From the NCBI GenBank assembly GCA_000993535.1, contig LBWG01000001.1, forward strand, positions 22,442-86,441: a stretch of DNA of 64,000 bases, given 5' to 3'. Shown one piece after another: positions 37,393 to 46,671 of the stretch (position 1 is the first letter of the stretch; the number at the start of each line of letters is the position of its first letter). This DNA comes from Candidatus Uhrbacteria bacterium GW2011_GWF2_39_13. GTDB taxonomy: Bacteria > Patescibacteriota > Patescibacteriia > UBA9934 > GWF2-40-263. The translations under genes and the position numbers were made by a program. The notes beneath the pieces were generated by a model. The model was given only the letters and a program-made list of their open reading frames with translations. It was not told the origin of the DNA and made no database searches.

Positions 37393-38556
37393 TTAATACT
37401 CTCGTTTGGTTTGTTGGGTTAAGACGGATGTATAGGTGACCTCAAGTCGATCGATCAAAGGATTCCAATCGTACAAACGCTGCGCATTTATACGCGCAGA
37501 GAGTCCAAATCGTTCACGTAAATCGACCTGTTCCAAAAGCAAAGAAATAGCTTCAGACAACCTCTCAATATTCCCTGGAGGAACAAGTAAACCTGTATCT
37601 CCATCCCGAACAACCGTACGAACTCCAGGTAAATCAGAAGCGATCGAGGGAATCCCACTAGCTGCAGCCTCAAGGGCTACCATACCAAAAGCTTCTGCCC
37701 GTTTAGTGGAGGGGAACACATGTATATCTGCCAATCGGTAATATCTAGGTAAATCTTCATCTGAAACATTCCCTGCAAAAAACACTCGATCAGACAATCC
37801 TTGCTGTGCGGCAAGTGCTTGATACGTTTGTTTTAAATTTCCTTCTCCAACGATAATCAAGTGCCATCGATAAGAAAACAATTTTTCTAATGCATTAAAT
37901 AATTCAGGAATACCTTTAAACGCATGGGCACTATCGAGTCCTCCCACAAATAACAAAATGGGTAAATGATGAGGTAACTGGTGATGTTCTCTCAGTTGTA
38001 TTTCTTCACCTGGATGAAAATGATTGAGATCCACACCAAAAGGATGTTCTTCTGTGCGATCCATCACATCCAATTCTGCAAGAGCAGAGTGCTTCGCATA
38101 ATCCAAAGAGCTCACCAAAATACGATCAACGCGAGTCATAAGCCAAGGAAAAAGTAAACGTCGATGAACACTAAACAAAGCGCCTTTGACTCCAGAGGCA
38201 ACATTATCCATGTGATAGGTCATAACCAAACCTTGATCTTTGCGCATGGCTTTTCTTACGATGACGGGTTCTGCTCCTCCAAAAAAAGGATAATGAAGAT
38301 GAACAAGATCAAAACCAGCGAGACGATGAAAAAGCGAAGGAAGAACTCCCGCATTTCCAATATGGATAATCCCAGGAACACGATGAACATAACGAGGATC
38401 TTCTTCTACCTCTTGATCCTTAATCGTAAAAACGTGCACGTTATACCCACGCGCTCGTAACCGTTCCACATATTCATAGGCAACACCACCCATCCCACCG
38501 CGGTAAGGAGGGTACGTACAAACCACATGAGCAATTTTGAGAGATGATCTATCCAC
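37393..38556 (-). CDS. GT4 family glycosyltransferase
   Basis: YPPYRGG, FVGGLD..FKG, PSTKRAEAFGMVALEA. Confidence 0.9.
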   Translation of the reverse strand: MDRSSLKIAHVVCTYPPYRGGMGGVAYEYVERLRARGYNVHVFTIKDQEVEEDPRYVHRVPGIIHIGNAGVLPSLFHRLAGFDLVHLHYPFFGGAEPVIVRKAMRKDQGLVMTYHMDNVASGVKGALFSVHRRLLFPWLMTRVDRILVSSLDYAKHSALAELDVMDRTEEHPFGVDLNHFHPGEEIQLREHHQLPHHLPILLFVGGLDSAHAFKGIPELFNALEKLFSYRWHLIIVGEGNLKQTYQALAAQQGLSDRVFFAGNVSDEDLPRYYRLADIHVFPSTKRAEAFGMVALEAAASGIPSIASDLPGVRTVVRDGDTGLLVPPGNIERLSEAISLLLEQVDLRERFGLSARINAQRLYDWNPLIDRLEVTYTSVLTQQTKREY

Positions 38557-39607
38557 GAATCAATTTTTTAAGAATAAACCAACACATCGCGAGAAATGGA
38601 TTGATGAATTTATCGACCACAGGACTGCTGGTTTCTTGATGTTCAATCTTTCCTGTCCATAATTGCACGATCTCCTGATCGCTCACACGGCGTAACAGAT
38701 GGCTTTCACCACGTTTTTTTGCCACATATCTCCAGGTACGAGGACTCAAAAGATTCACATACACCAGACACTTCTCTTTAAACCATCCTCCTTTAAGGGA
38801 AAAAACGATGAGTCCACACTCTGCAAAAAAAAGAAACGGAATGAGCAAAACCAACGTCGACCAACGCAAGTGAGAAAAATGAACAAGAATCCTGTTGCGT
38901 TCCATCCAATAAAATTTTTGGTTAAAGCGTTTGAATTCATAATCATGATACGCAATCGATTTGGTAGAAAGAACATTTACAAACCCCGCAAGTCGAATAC
39001 GCCAACCTAATTCCAAATCTTCATGATACAAAAATAAAAATGGATCAAGAAGACCGACTTTTTGCAAGACAGACGCTCGATACAGGACAGCCGCTCCGCT
39101 GGGATAGGCAATGGACTGACCGTCTTTCACCTCGCTGCGCACTTCTTCCCAAGACCGTCCATTGTTTCCTGCAAATCCGAATCCCAAAAAATGAATCATC
39201 CCTCCTGTGACATTTACAACGCCAGGATGTTTCCACAGCATAATACGGGATTGAACAGCGCCAATGGATTGATCAGATTCGGCTAATGCGACAGCCTCTT
39301 TGATTGCATCAGGATGAAGCTTCGCATCGCCATTGAGCAAATAAACATAATCTACCCCTGAGAGAAGCGCGTGTTCCATTCCAAGATTATTTCCCTTGGC
39401 AAATCCTAAATTTTTCTCACTTGGAAAAAAAGTAATTCCGTCTTGAGCATGCAGCCATTCTTGGCTTCCATCGGTTGAAGCATTGTCTACAACGATAATC
39501 TCTAATTTCTCAGTTGGATAGTTGAGTTTGCTCAATGAAGAAAAAACCTCTTCCAAATAAGAACGGCTATGATAAGAGAGAAAAATAATGGCAACGCGTG
39601 GAAGCAT
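38549..39607 (-). CDS. GT2 family glycosyltransferase (rhamnosyltransferase-like)
   Basis: VVDNASTDGS, NLGFAKGNN, LLNGD, FLYHEDLELGWR. Confidence 0.9.
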   Translation of the reverse strand: MLPRVAIIFLSYHSRSYLEEVFSSLSKLNYPTEKLEIIVVDNASTDGSQEWLHAQDGITFFPSEKNLGFAKGNNLGMEHALLSGVDYVYLLNGDAKLHPDAIKEAVALAESDQSIGAVQSRIMLWKHPGVVNVTGGMIHFLGFGFAGNNGRSWEEVRSEVKDGQSIAYPSGAAVLYRASVLQKVGLLDPFLFLYHEDLELGWRIRLAGFVNVLSTKSIAYHDYEFKRFNQKFYWMERNRILVHFSHLRWSTLVLLIPFLFFAECGLIVFSLKGGWFKEKCLVYVNLLSPRTWRYVAKKRGESHLLRRVSDQEIVQLWTGKIEHQETSSPVVDKFINPFLAMCWFILKKLIRG

Positions 39608-39618
39608 GGAATGAAGAA

Positions 39619-40440
39619 TTAAGTGTTGAGTAATTTTTGAGCTGCTTCTTTTATCCTATTTTGACGTTTTTCTTTAAAAACATTATTCGTTAGTGTTTGT
39701 TGGATATATTCATTAACGGAGGACTCGTTTAATTCTCCAAGTGGTTCACCAATATACCGCACTGCGTCTGCGTTCCATCCCCAAATAAGCATCTCTGAAT
39801 CTGCTTGGGTCATTTTTTTAAAAAAAATATCTTCTCCGTAAAGTTCATCAATTTCAACAGGGAACCCAGAATCTGAAGCTGTCTTATCTGTATAATCTCT
39901 CAAATGGTAAAGAAGTTTTTCTCCTTCTGGAGTTGATGGATCCAAATGAAAACCAGATTTAAAAATAAACACAACATCAACATCACTTTCTTCAGCTGGC
40001 ATTTTTTGGTTATCCATACGACTACCACACAAAATCATCCCAAGAATATCATCCTGATGTACACGAAGTTTTTCTAAATACCCACGCATCTCCATAATCA
40101 ACATTTCAATCTGTTTATCTCGTTCTTCCGAAGATAACTCTCGTGCTCCCGTCTCTCCAAGTCCCAACATACGTCGTATTTTCTTTTTTGTTTGATCTGA
40201 AATTTCAGTAGGAAGATTAACAAATTCATGACTCGAACGAACTAAAAACTCATTCAAACATTCTGAGGAAAGTTGCTTCTGTTCTTGGGTAGAGACAATT
40301 CCGTATTGTCCTAATAAAGTTGAAACTTTTTCTTGTGCGTCTTTAATAATACGTTCTTCTTTCATTTCCTTTCCTTCAGAAGTTGTACAAAAACCTGTTC
40401 GATGTTTTCCGCCGCAAATTTTACAAGATTCCTCAAACAT
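39619..40440 (-). CDS. Pol-beta superfamily nucleotidyltransferase-like protein with N-terminal zinc knuckle
   Basis: GMILCGSR...SDVDVVFI (hGS..DxD) and a later VEID; N-terminal CKICGGKHRTGFC; start placed at ATG 40440. Confidence 0.6.
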   Translation of the reverse strand: MFEESCKICGGKHRTGFCTTSEGKEMKEERIIKDAQEKVSTLLGQYGIVSTQEQKQLSSECLNEFLVRSSHEFVNLPTEISDQTKKKIRRMLGLGETGARELSSEERDKQIEMLIMEMRGYLEKLRVHQDDILGMILCGSRMDNQKMPAEESDVDVVFIFKSGFHLDPSTPEGEKLLYHLRDYTDKTASDSGFPVEIDELYGEDIFFKKMTQADSEMLIWGWNADAVRYIGEPLGELNESSVNEYIQQTLTNNVFKEKRQNRIKEAAQKLLNT

Positions 40441-40444
40441 ATAA

Positions 40445-40786
40445 CTAATCATCTTTATTTTTACGAAATTCATCTAAAGAAAGCTTACGCACTAAACGAG
40501 TCACTTCGCTTTCTACCTGTTCAATCTTTACATACAAACGAAAAATAAAATAAAAAAGAGCCGTGAGAGAAACATAAATAACCACATCGGCTCCACGACC
40601 AACTCCTACAAAACGAGCAATCACGTCCGTGGTTTGAGGAGTCACTGCAACTAAACCTGCTGCAAACCAAAAGATCACCCAAAAAAGAAACCAGACAATG
40701 GTTAACGCTCCCCGTTTAAACTGAAAAAGCGTTCTGGTAATAGCAAAGCCTGCAAAGAATAAAATACAAACCTGTATGACGGTCAT
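40445..40786 (-). CDS. DUF2304 family membrane protein
   Basis: Three TMs, GVGRGADVVIY, coiled-coil tail TRLVRKLSL; coupled to the GT2 gene. Confidence 0.85.
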   Translation of the reverse strand: MTVIQVCILFFAGFAITRTLFQFKRGALTIVWFLFWVIFWFAAGLVAVTPQTTDVIARFVGVGRGADVVIYVSLTALFYFIFRLYVKIEQVESEVTRLVRKLSLDEFRKNKDD

Positions 40787-40788
40787 AC

Positions 40789-41457
40789 TTATTGGTTGAT
40801 GCGGCGGACAACAAGTTTCACAAGCGTCTTAAGACCCACAAAAAAACTTTGCCCTTTTGAAAGAGAGTAATCAGTGTAGATCGCCTTGATAGGAACCTCA
40901 ACGAGATTCAGTTTATGACGCTTGGTTTCTGCAATAATTTCTGAAGACACTTCCATGCGGTTGGTTTTAATCTGTATTTTTTCCAAAGCAAATCTGGTAA
41001 ACGCTCTAAATCCTGACTGACTATCCGTGACCCATGCCCCAAATAAACAAAAGGTAACAAGATTTCCTAAAATTTGTGCGACTTGTCTGTACCAAGGCAT
41101 GCCTTCAAAACCCGTAAGCATGCGCGAACCGATCACCACGTCAGCCCCGTGCTCAATGGCTTCAATAAACTTTTTTATCTCTGCAGGATCATGCTGACCA
41201 TCGGCATCCAGGGTAATCACCGCGTCTGCGCCAAGATACTGTGCTGCTGCAAACCCTGTGCCTAAGGAAGCGCCTAATCCGCGATTGACACTGTGTGTGA
41301 TCACACGTACTCCTTGAACCAATGCTCTTTGAGCCGTTTGATCGCTAGAACCATCGTTTACAACAAGAATTTGATCAACAAAAGGTTTTGTTTTTTGAAG
41401 CACTTGTACAATGGTCGTTTCTTCATTATAAGCAGGGATAACCGCAAAAATCTTCAT
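40789..41457 (-). CDS. GT2 polyprenol-phosphate glycosyltransferase (DPM synthase-like)
   Basis: IPAYNEE, VNDGSSD, DADGQHDP, VIGSR, TDSQSGFRA. Confidence 0.9.
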   Translation of the reverse strand: MKIFAVIPAYNEETTIVQVLQKTKPFVDQILVVNDGSSDQTAQRALVQGVRVITHSVNRGLGASLGTGFAAAQYLGADAVITLDADGQHDPAEIKKFIEAIEHGADVVIGSRMLTGFEGMPWYRQVAQILGNLVTFCLFGAWVTDSQSGFRAFTRFALEKIQIKTNRMEVSSEIIAETKRHKLNLVEVPIKAIYTDYSLSKGQSFFVGLKTLVKLVVRRINQ

Positions 41458-42470
41458 ACATTGGTAAGCAGCAATTTATTGGCTTTGATATAGTCGATGG
41501 TTCGTCGCAATCCGTCTTCCAGACGCACAAGAGGAAACCATCCTAATTCTTTTGCCCGGTCAATACGGGGAAGAACAGATTCAAAAAGAAATTCTAATGG
41601 TTCTCCCTCAACGATCACTGAGGATGAATCCGTAAGCCGAAGAATGTGTTGAGCAATTTCTTCAAGACGCAAATCCACATCGCTTCCAAGGTTTACCGGC
41701 CCCTCATACTCAGAGGCATGCATGATGCGTAACAGTCCATCAATAACGTCTGTAATAAACGTCAGAGAGGTACGGAAATCCTTTTTGCCGTAAAGCACCA
41801 AATCTTTGCCGTCTAACGCATTGATAATAAACTCAGGAATGAGCTGCCCATCGAACAAAGACATGCGAGGACCATAGGTTCGAAACAAACGAACCATTCT
41901 TATTTCCAAGTCGTGAACCTGACGATAGGTTTCAAACATGGTTTCTGAAAACCGTTTGCCTTCGTCATAACAAGCACGAGGGGTGAGATGATCAAGAATC
42001 CCCTCTTCGTCTTCGGTGACCAACGTCGCCTGTTCTTTCCGTTGACCATAAACAACGGAACTGGAAGTGAATAAAATCTTCGATCGAAATTTTTTGGCCA
42101 ATTCAAGAACATGATAATTGCCCAAAGAATTGGAAAGAAGCGTCTGAATTTTGAATTGATCAAAATTTTTAATCGTTGTGGGACAAGCAAGATGATAAAT
42201 TTCTTGAATCCCCTGAAAAGGAATTTTAAATGGAGCGAGCTCTGAAAAAGAATCTAAGTCAAATGGCTGATTGATATCCAATCGGATAAAACTAAAATCC
42301 GAATTTTGGAGGAGAGCATCAATGTGCCCAACATAACCGGTTGAGAGATTATCTACACAAATGACGCGGTGCTTATCCTGCAATAAACGTTCACATAAAT
42401 GAGACCCGATAAATCCAGCCCCGCCGGTTACAAGGATATTTTTATGTTCAAAAGTAGGAAGTGAAGACAT
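41454..42470 (-). CDS. NAD-dependent epimerase/dehydratase, UDP-glucuronate decarboxylase-like
   Basis: TGGAGFIGSH, YHLACP, RACYDEGKRFSE, TYGPRM. Confidence 0.88.
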   Translation of the reverse strand: MSSLPTFEHKNILVTGGAGFIGSHLCERLLQDKHRVICVDNLSTGYVGHIDALLQNSDFSFIRLDINQPFDLDSFSELAPFKIPFQGIQEIYHLACPTTIKNFDQFKIQTLLSNSLGNYHVLELAKKFRSKILFTSSSVVYGQRKEQATLVTEDEEGILDHLTPRACYDEGKRFSETMFETYRQVHDLEIRMVRLFRTYGPRMSLFDGQLIPEFIINALDGKDLVLYGKKDFRTSLTFITDVIDGLLRIMHASEYEGPVNLGSDVDLRLEEIAQHILRLTDSSSVIVEGEPLEFLFESVLPRIDRAKELGWFPLVRLEDGLRRTIDYIKANKLLLTNV

Positions 42471-42493
42471 ACCTATTTAGTATAGCAGAAATC

Positions 42494-44581
42494 TTACAAA
42501 CCCCATGCTGCTGAATTTAATCCCATGTGATTATTCTCATCATCGCTAAAAAACGTGCCGATTAATTTAGCGTATCCATTATAAACTCGCACATGAGGAC
42601 CGCCGCCTGGTCCTGCCACGGTAATGATAGAAGCCCCTGGCCATGTGCTTAAATTTCCTACAGAAAGACGGACGCCTCCGCGAAACTGATCATCGTAAGC
42701 AAAAAACGTTCCTAATTTCTTTCCTGTTCCATCAAAAATTTGTACTTGCGGCCCTCCGCCGATATCTGTCCCTGTCACAATTTCATCATCTCCGTCTCCA
42801 TCCAGATCGCCACTGGCAACAAAAACACCTTTGTCGTACGTTTGCTCGTAAGCAAGAAATTCGCTCACAAGCGTTCCGTCTGGTTCATACACCTCAACAA
42901 ACGGTTCAAATCCGCTTCCTCGCGTCACAATCAGTTCATCTGATCCATCCGCATCCACATCTCCCATCGCGATACGAAGACTTTTTATTTCATCAGCTTT
43001 CACTTGAAATGGTTCAAGAATATTTTCACCTTGTTGTTGACCATCCTTATTAAAAAAACGAACTTCTGAATAGGTTCTTTCATCCATACTCACAACGATC
43101 TCTTCTATCCCGTCGCCATTGGTATCTCCTGTGGCAACAAAGAGTCCTGAAGTCATTGATTGATCAAAAGCAAAAAACTGACTCTCAAGCATTCCATTCA
43201 AATCAAAAACCCTTACTTGAGGACCGCCGCCCGGTCCGGGAACCGTGACTATTTCCTCTTCTCCATCTCCATCCACGTCCCCCATAGTCAGACGGACTCC
43301 TCCGGTAAAAGACGCATCATATGCGTCAAAAGAAGCGGTGACCGTACTTCCATCATTGGTAAAAACACGTACCGTAGGAGGACTTCCAAACTCTGGAGCC
43401 ACGGCAATGCGATAACTTGATGCTCGTTTTGTAACAGACGAAGAACTCATCTGTCCGTCATCTTCAGGGTCCACAAAAGAAGGAGCAATCGCAAGAGCAT
43501 TGGAGAGATTTAAACGTCCGGCTCCCATTTTCCCCACAACGTCTCCGGTAGAAAACACTGGGTCTACGGATAAACGTAAAATAGATTTGATATCATCAGG
43601 GGTGAGCGAATGATAGGCAGATTTCAAAAGAGCCGCAGCACCTGCCACCAAGGGTGATGCCATGGATGTTCCAGACCAAGCCCCTTGATAATAACCCTGA
43701 GCAAAGGTTTGCCAATCATCATCCTGATAAACCGTACTAAATAAATCCTGTCCAGGAGCGGAGATATCTGTACAAATAAATCCGTAATTTGAAAAAAAAG
43801 CTTTTTCATCATGAGTATCTGTGGCAGCCACACCCAAAATCCAATCTTGATCCGCTTGTTCTCCATAACAGACAGGATAAATAGGCTGATCATCGGTATT
43901 GATTCCGGGTTCTGCGTTACCCATGGCCGCTACCACCACAATACCGACACGATAAGCCTCCTTTATGGCAGCACTTAAAAAGTCATCTGCCTCAAACCCG
44001 GTAAAACTTAAATTAATGACGTCCGCACCATTTTTGATCGCATACTTCACCCCTTTATAAACTGATTGCGAATCGCCTATTCCGTTACTATCTAAAATAC
44101 GGACAGACATGAGCTGGACATCCCAATTAATACCGGCGATGCCTTTTCCATTATCTCCTACGCCCCCGATAATGCCGGCGATGACGGTTCCATGAGAAAC
44201 AGCCGATTCTTCAAAACCATTATCCTGGTCAGGAACAGGCGATCCATCCTCATCAATAAAATCATACCCGTTTACATCGTCCACATATCCATTGTGATCA
44301 TTATCAATCCCGTCATCCGCTATTTCTTTTGCATTGACCCACACATTTTGTTTTAAATCAGGATGATCCAGATCAAATCCCGTATCTAAAATAGCCACGA
44401 CAACACTTCCATCCCCTGTTTCAACATCCCATGCCTCTTGGGCATGGATTGTTTCCAAATACCATTGTTCATCTAGATAAGCGTCGTCAGGTGTTTTTGC
44501 AAAAAGAGGAAAAACGTTTGCAAAAATAAAAAAACAGAGAATAGTTCCCCTCAACAAAAAACGGACGGTTGAATAAGCCAT
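42494..44581 (-). CDS. Secreted S8 subtilisin-like protease with C-terminal FG-GAP-like repeats
   Basis: Catalytic triad ILDTG / HGTVIAG / GTSMASP; repeats GDVDGDG..EIV..GGGPQVRVF. Confidence 0.92.
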   Translation of the reverse strand: MAYSTVRFLLRGTILCFFIFANVFPLFAKTPDDAYLDEQWYLETIHAQEAWDVETGDGSVVVAILDTGFDLDHPDLKQNVWVNAKEIADDGIDNDHNGYVDDVNGYDFIDEDGSPVPDQDNGFEESAVSHGTVIAGIIGGVGDNGKGIAGINWDVQLMSVRILDSNGIGDSQSVYKGVKYAIKNGADVINLSFTGFEADDFLSAAIKEAYRVGIVVVAAMGNAEPGINTDDQPIYPVCYGEQADQDWILGVAATDTHDEKAFFSNYGFICTDISAPGQDLFSTVYQDDDWQTFAQGYYQGAWSGTSMASPLVAGAAALLKSAYHSLTPDDIKSILRLSVDPVFSTGDVVGKMGAGRLNLSNALAIAPSFVDPEDDGQMSSSSVTKRASSYRIAVAPEFGSPPTVRVFTNDGSTVTASFDAYDASFTGGVRLTMGDVDGDGEEEIVTVPGPGGGPQVRVFDLNGMLESQFFAFDQSMTSGLFVATGDTNGDGIEEIVVSMDERTYSEVRFFNKDGQQQGENILEPFQVKADEIKSLRIAMGDVDADGSDELIVTRGSGFEPFVEVYEPDGTLVSEFLAYEQTYDKGVFVASGDLDGDGDDEIVTGTDIGGGPQVQIFDGTGKKLGTFFAYDDQFRGGVRLSVGNLSTWPGASIITVAGPGGGPHVRVYNGYAKLIGTFFSDDENNHMGLNSAAWGL

Positions 44582-44592
44582 AGGTAACGTAG

Positions 44593-46644
44593 TTATTCAA
44601 TGGCAACAGAGGCGCCAAAACGATTGGTGGAATCAAAGGCAAAAAACCCTCCGATCACGTCTCCCAGATTGTTAAATAGACGCACCTGAGGTCCACCGGA
44701 TTGTTGAGGAGCAATATACACTTCAACAAAACCATTGTGATCAATGTCTCCAACAGCCACTTCTACACCGCCTCTATACGTAGAAGGAAAAGCTAAAAAG
44801 GAACGTTGAAGTTCTCCTCGTTGATTATAAACAGCCACCTGAGGAACAGATCCTGATGCAGGTGCTACAAAAATTTCATTGATTCCATCATTGTCTGTAT
44901 CTGCACTGGCAAGGGTAAATCCTGGAACAGATCCTCCCAAAGCAAGAAAAGAGTGGATGTAACGACCATTGGCATCATGTATAAAAATGAAACCGTTTCC
45001 TCCAGATCCTCGTGTGGAAATAATCTCTTCTTCAGCGTCTTCATCAAGATTTCCAAGAGCGACTCGAACAGATTCTGTTGTTCTGCCAAGTGGGAAAAAA
45101 GCTCCTTTCAAAAATCCACGTTTATTAAAAAGGCGAACTTGACCCGACCCCCCATAATCTGAAGTCACTAAAATTTCATCGATTCCATCTGCGTTTACAT
45201 CTCCAGAGGTCACAAAAATGCCATAACGCTGGCATTCATCAAAGGCAAAAAATTGTCCTTCTAGTTCTCCATCCAAATTAAAAATGCGCACTTGAGGACC
45301 GCCACCTGGTCCTGGCCCTGTAATGATTTCCTCTTCTCCGTCTCCATCCACGTCCCCCATGGCTAAACGGACTCCTCCATAAAAATCTGAACCATAAGCG
45401 TTAAATTCTGAAAGAATCTCTCCATGGCTGTCTATCCGACGAACCACAGGAGAAGATCCCTCACCTTGGGCAACGACAAATGAATGAGAAGAAACGGCAG
45501 AGGTAAGAAGGGAACCCGTTGAAACACCTTTCACAAATACGGAGGCGTACTCAACAGCGCGAGAAAGATTCAAACGTCCGGCTCCTAATTGTTTTCGCGC
45601 TTCAAGAGAACTTTCTTTTATAGGATCAACAGAAAGCTTTAACGCATTTCGGATTTGGTCTGGAGTGAGTGTAGGATAGGCAGATCGAAGCACAGCGGCA
45701 GAGGCAGAAACCATTGGAGCCGACAGCGAGGTCCCCTCCCAAGGCGAGGCATAGGAAGTCACAAAGACCGTGGACGCGAGATCGTGATACACCGCAGCAA
45801 AAATATCAACGCCAGGAGCGGAAAGATCTGTACATTTTGTACCAAAATTAGAAAAACTCGCTTTTTGATCGTTCTGATCTGTAGATGCCACACCGATCAC
45901 CGCATTAACCCCAAGCTGTTGATCAAAACACGCAGGATATATAGGTTGAATATCTGTATCGATATTTCCATTTCCAACAGCTGCCACCACTACAACCCCC
46001 TGTTCATAAGCCCATTCAATCGTCTGTGCAAGGATGTCATCAGGTTGACTGAAGGTAAAACTCAAATTAATGACGTCCGCCCCATTTTCTACCGCATAGC
46101 GAATCGCTCGTCGCACATTCGCCGTTGAACCTGCCCCCTGTTCCCCAAGAACACGCAAGGGCATGATCGAAATGTCCCAATTAATTCCAGCGATACCCAA
46201 ACCATTATTTGCTGTGGCGCCAATAATCCCTGATATAACCGTGCCATGAGACACAACGGTATCGTTAAAATCTTCCGTGATGTCAGGTGAAGGATCTGAA
46301 TCATTATCAACGAAATCCCAACCTTGGATATCATCCTCATACCCATTGGCGTCATTGTCTATACCGTCTCCGTAAATTTCATCTGCATTAGACCAGTACT
46401 GACCCACGAGATCCTCATGGTCTAAATCAAAACCTGCATCCAAAACCGCCACGATCGTCTGTTCTGATCCTGTCTCTATGTCCCAAGCCTTTGGAGCAGA
46501 AATTTGGTCTAAATACCAAAGGTCTCCACGGAACCGATCTGTAACCTCACGCGCCAAAAGAGAAAAAGGGTTCAATAAAAAAATCAATAAAAAAAGTAAA
46601 AAAAACAGTTTTTTGAAAAAAAAATGAGAAATAAAATACCGCAT
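44593..46644 (-). CDS. Secreted S8 subtilisin-like protease with C-terminal FG-GAP-like repeats (paralogue)
   Basis: VLDAG / HGTVISG / GTSLSAP; same repeat tail as the neighbouring gene. Confidence 0.92.
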   Translation of the reverse strand: MRYFISHFFFKKLFFLLFLLIFLLNPFSLLAREVTDRFRGDLWYLDQISAPKAWDIETGSEQTIVAVLDAGFDLDHEDLVGQYWSNADEIYGDGIDNDANGYEDDIQGWDFVDNDSDPSPDITEDFNDTVVSHGTVISGIIGATANNGLGIAGINWDISIMPLRVLGEQGAGSTANVRRAIRYAVENGADVINLSFTFSQPDDILAQTIEWAYEQGVVVVAAVGNGNIDTDIQPIYPACFDQQLGVNAVIGVASTDQNDQKASFSNFGTKCTDLSAPGVDIFAAVYHDLASTVFVTSYASPWEGTSLSAPMVSASAAVLRSAYPTLTPDQIRNALKLSVDPIKESSLEARKQLGAGRLNLSRAVEYASVFVKGVSTGSLLTSAVSSHSFVVAQGEGSSPVVRRIDSHGEILSEFNAYGSDFYGGVRLAMGDVDGDGEEEIITGPGPGGGPQVRIFNLDGELEGQFFAFDECQRYGIFVTSGDVNADGIDEILVTSDYGGSGQVRLFNKRGFLKGAFFPLGRTTESVRVALGNLDEDAEEEIISTRGSGGNGFIFIHDANGRYIHSFLALGGSVPGFTLASADTDNDGINEIFVAPASGSVPQVAVYNQRGELQRSFLAFPSTYRGGVEVAVGDIDHNGFVEVYIAPQQSGGPQVRLFNNLGDVIGGFFAFDSTNRFGASVAIE

Positions 46645-46671
46645 AATTCATGCGGTATTGTAACGATGTTC

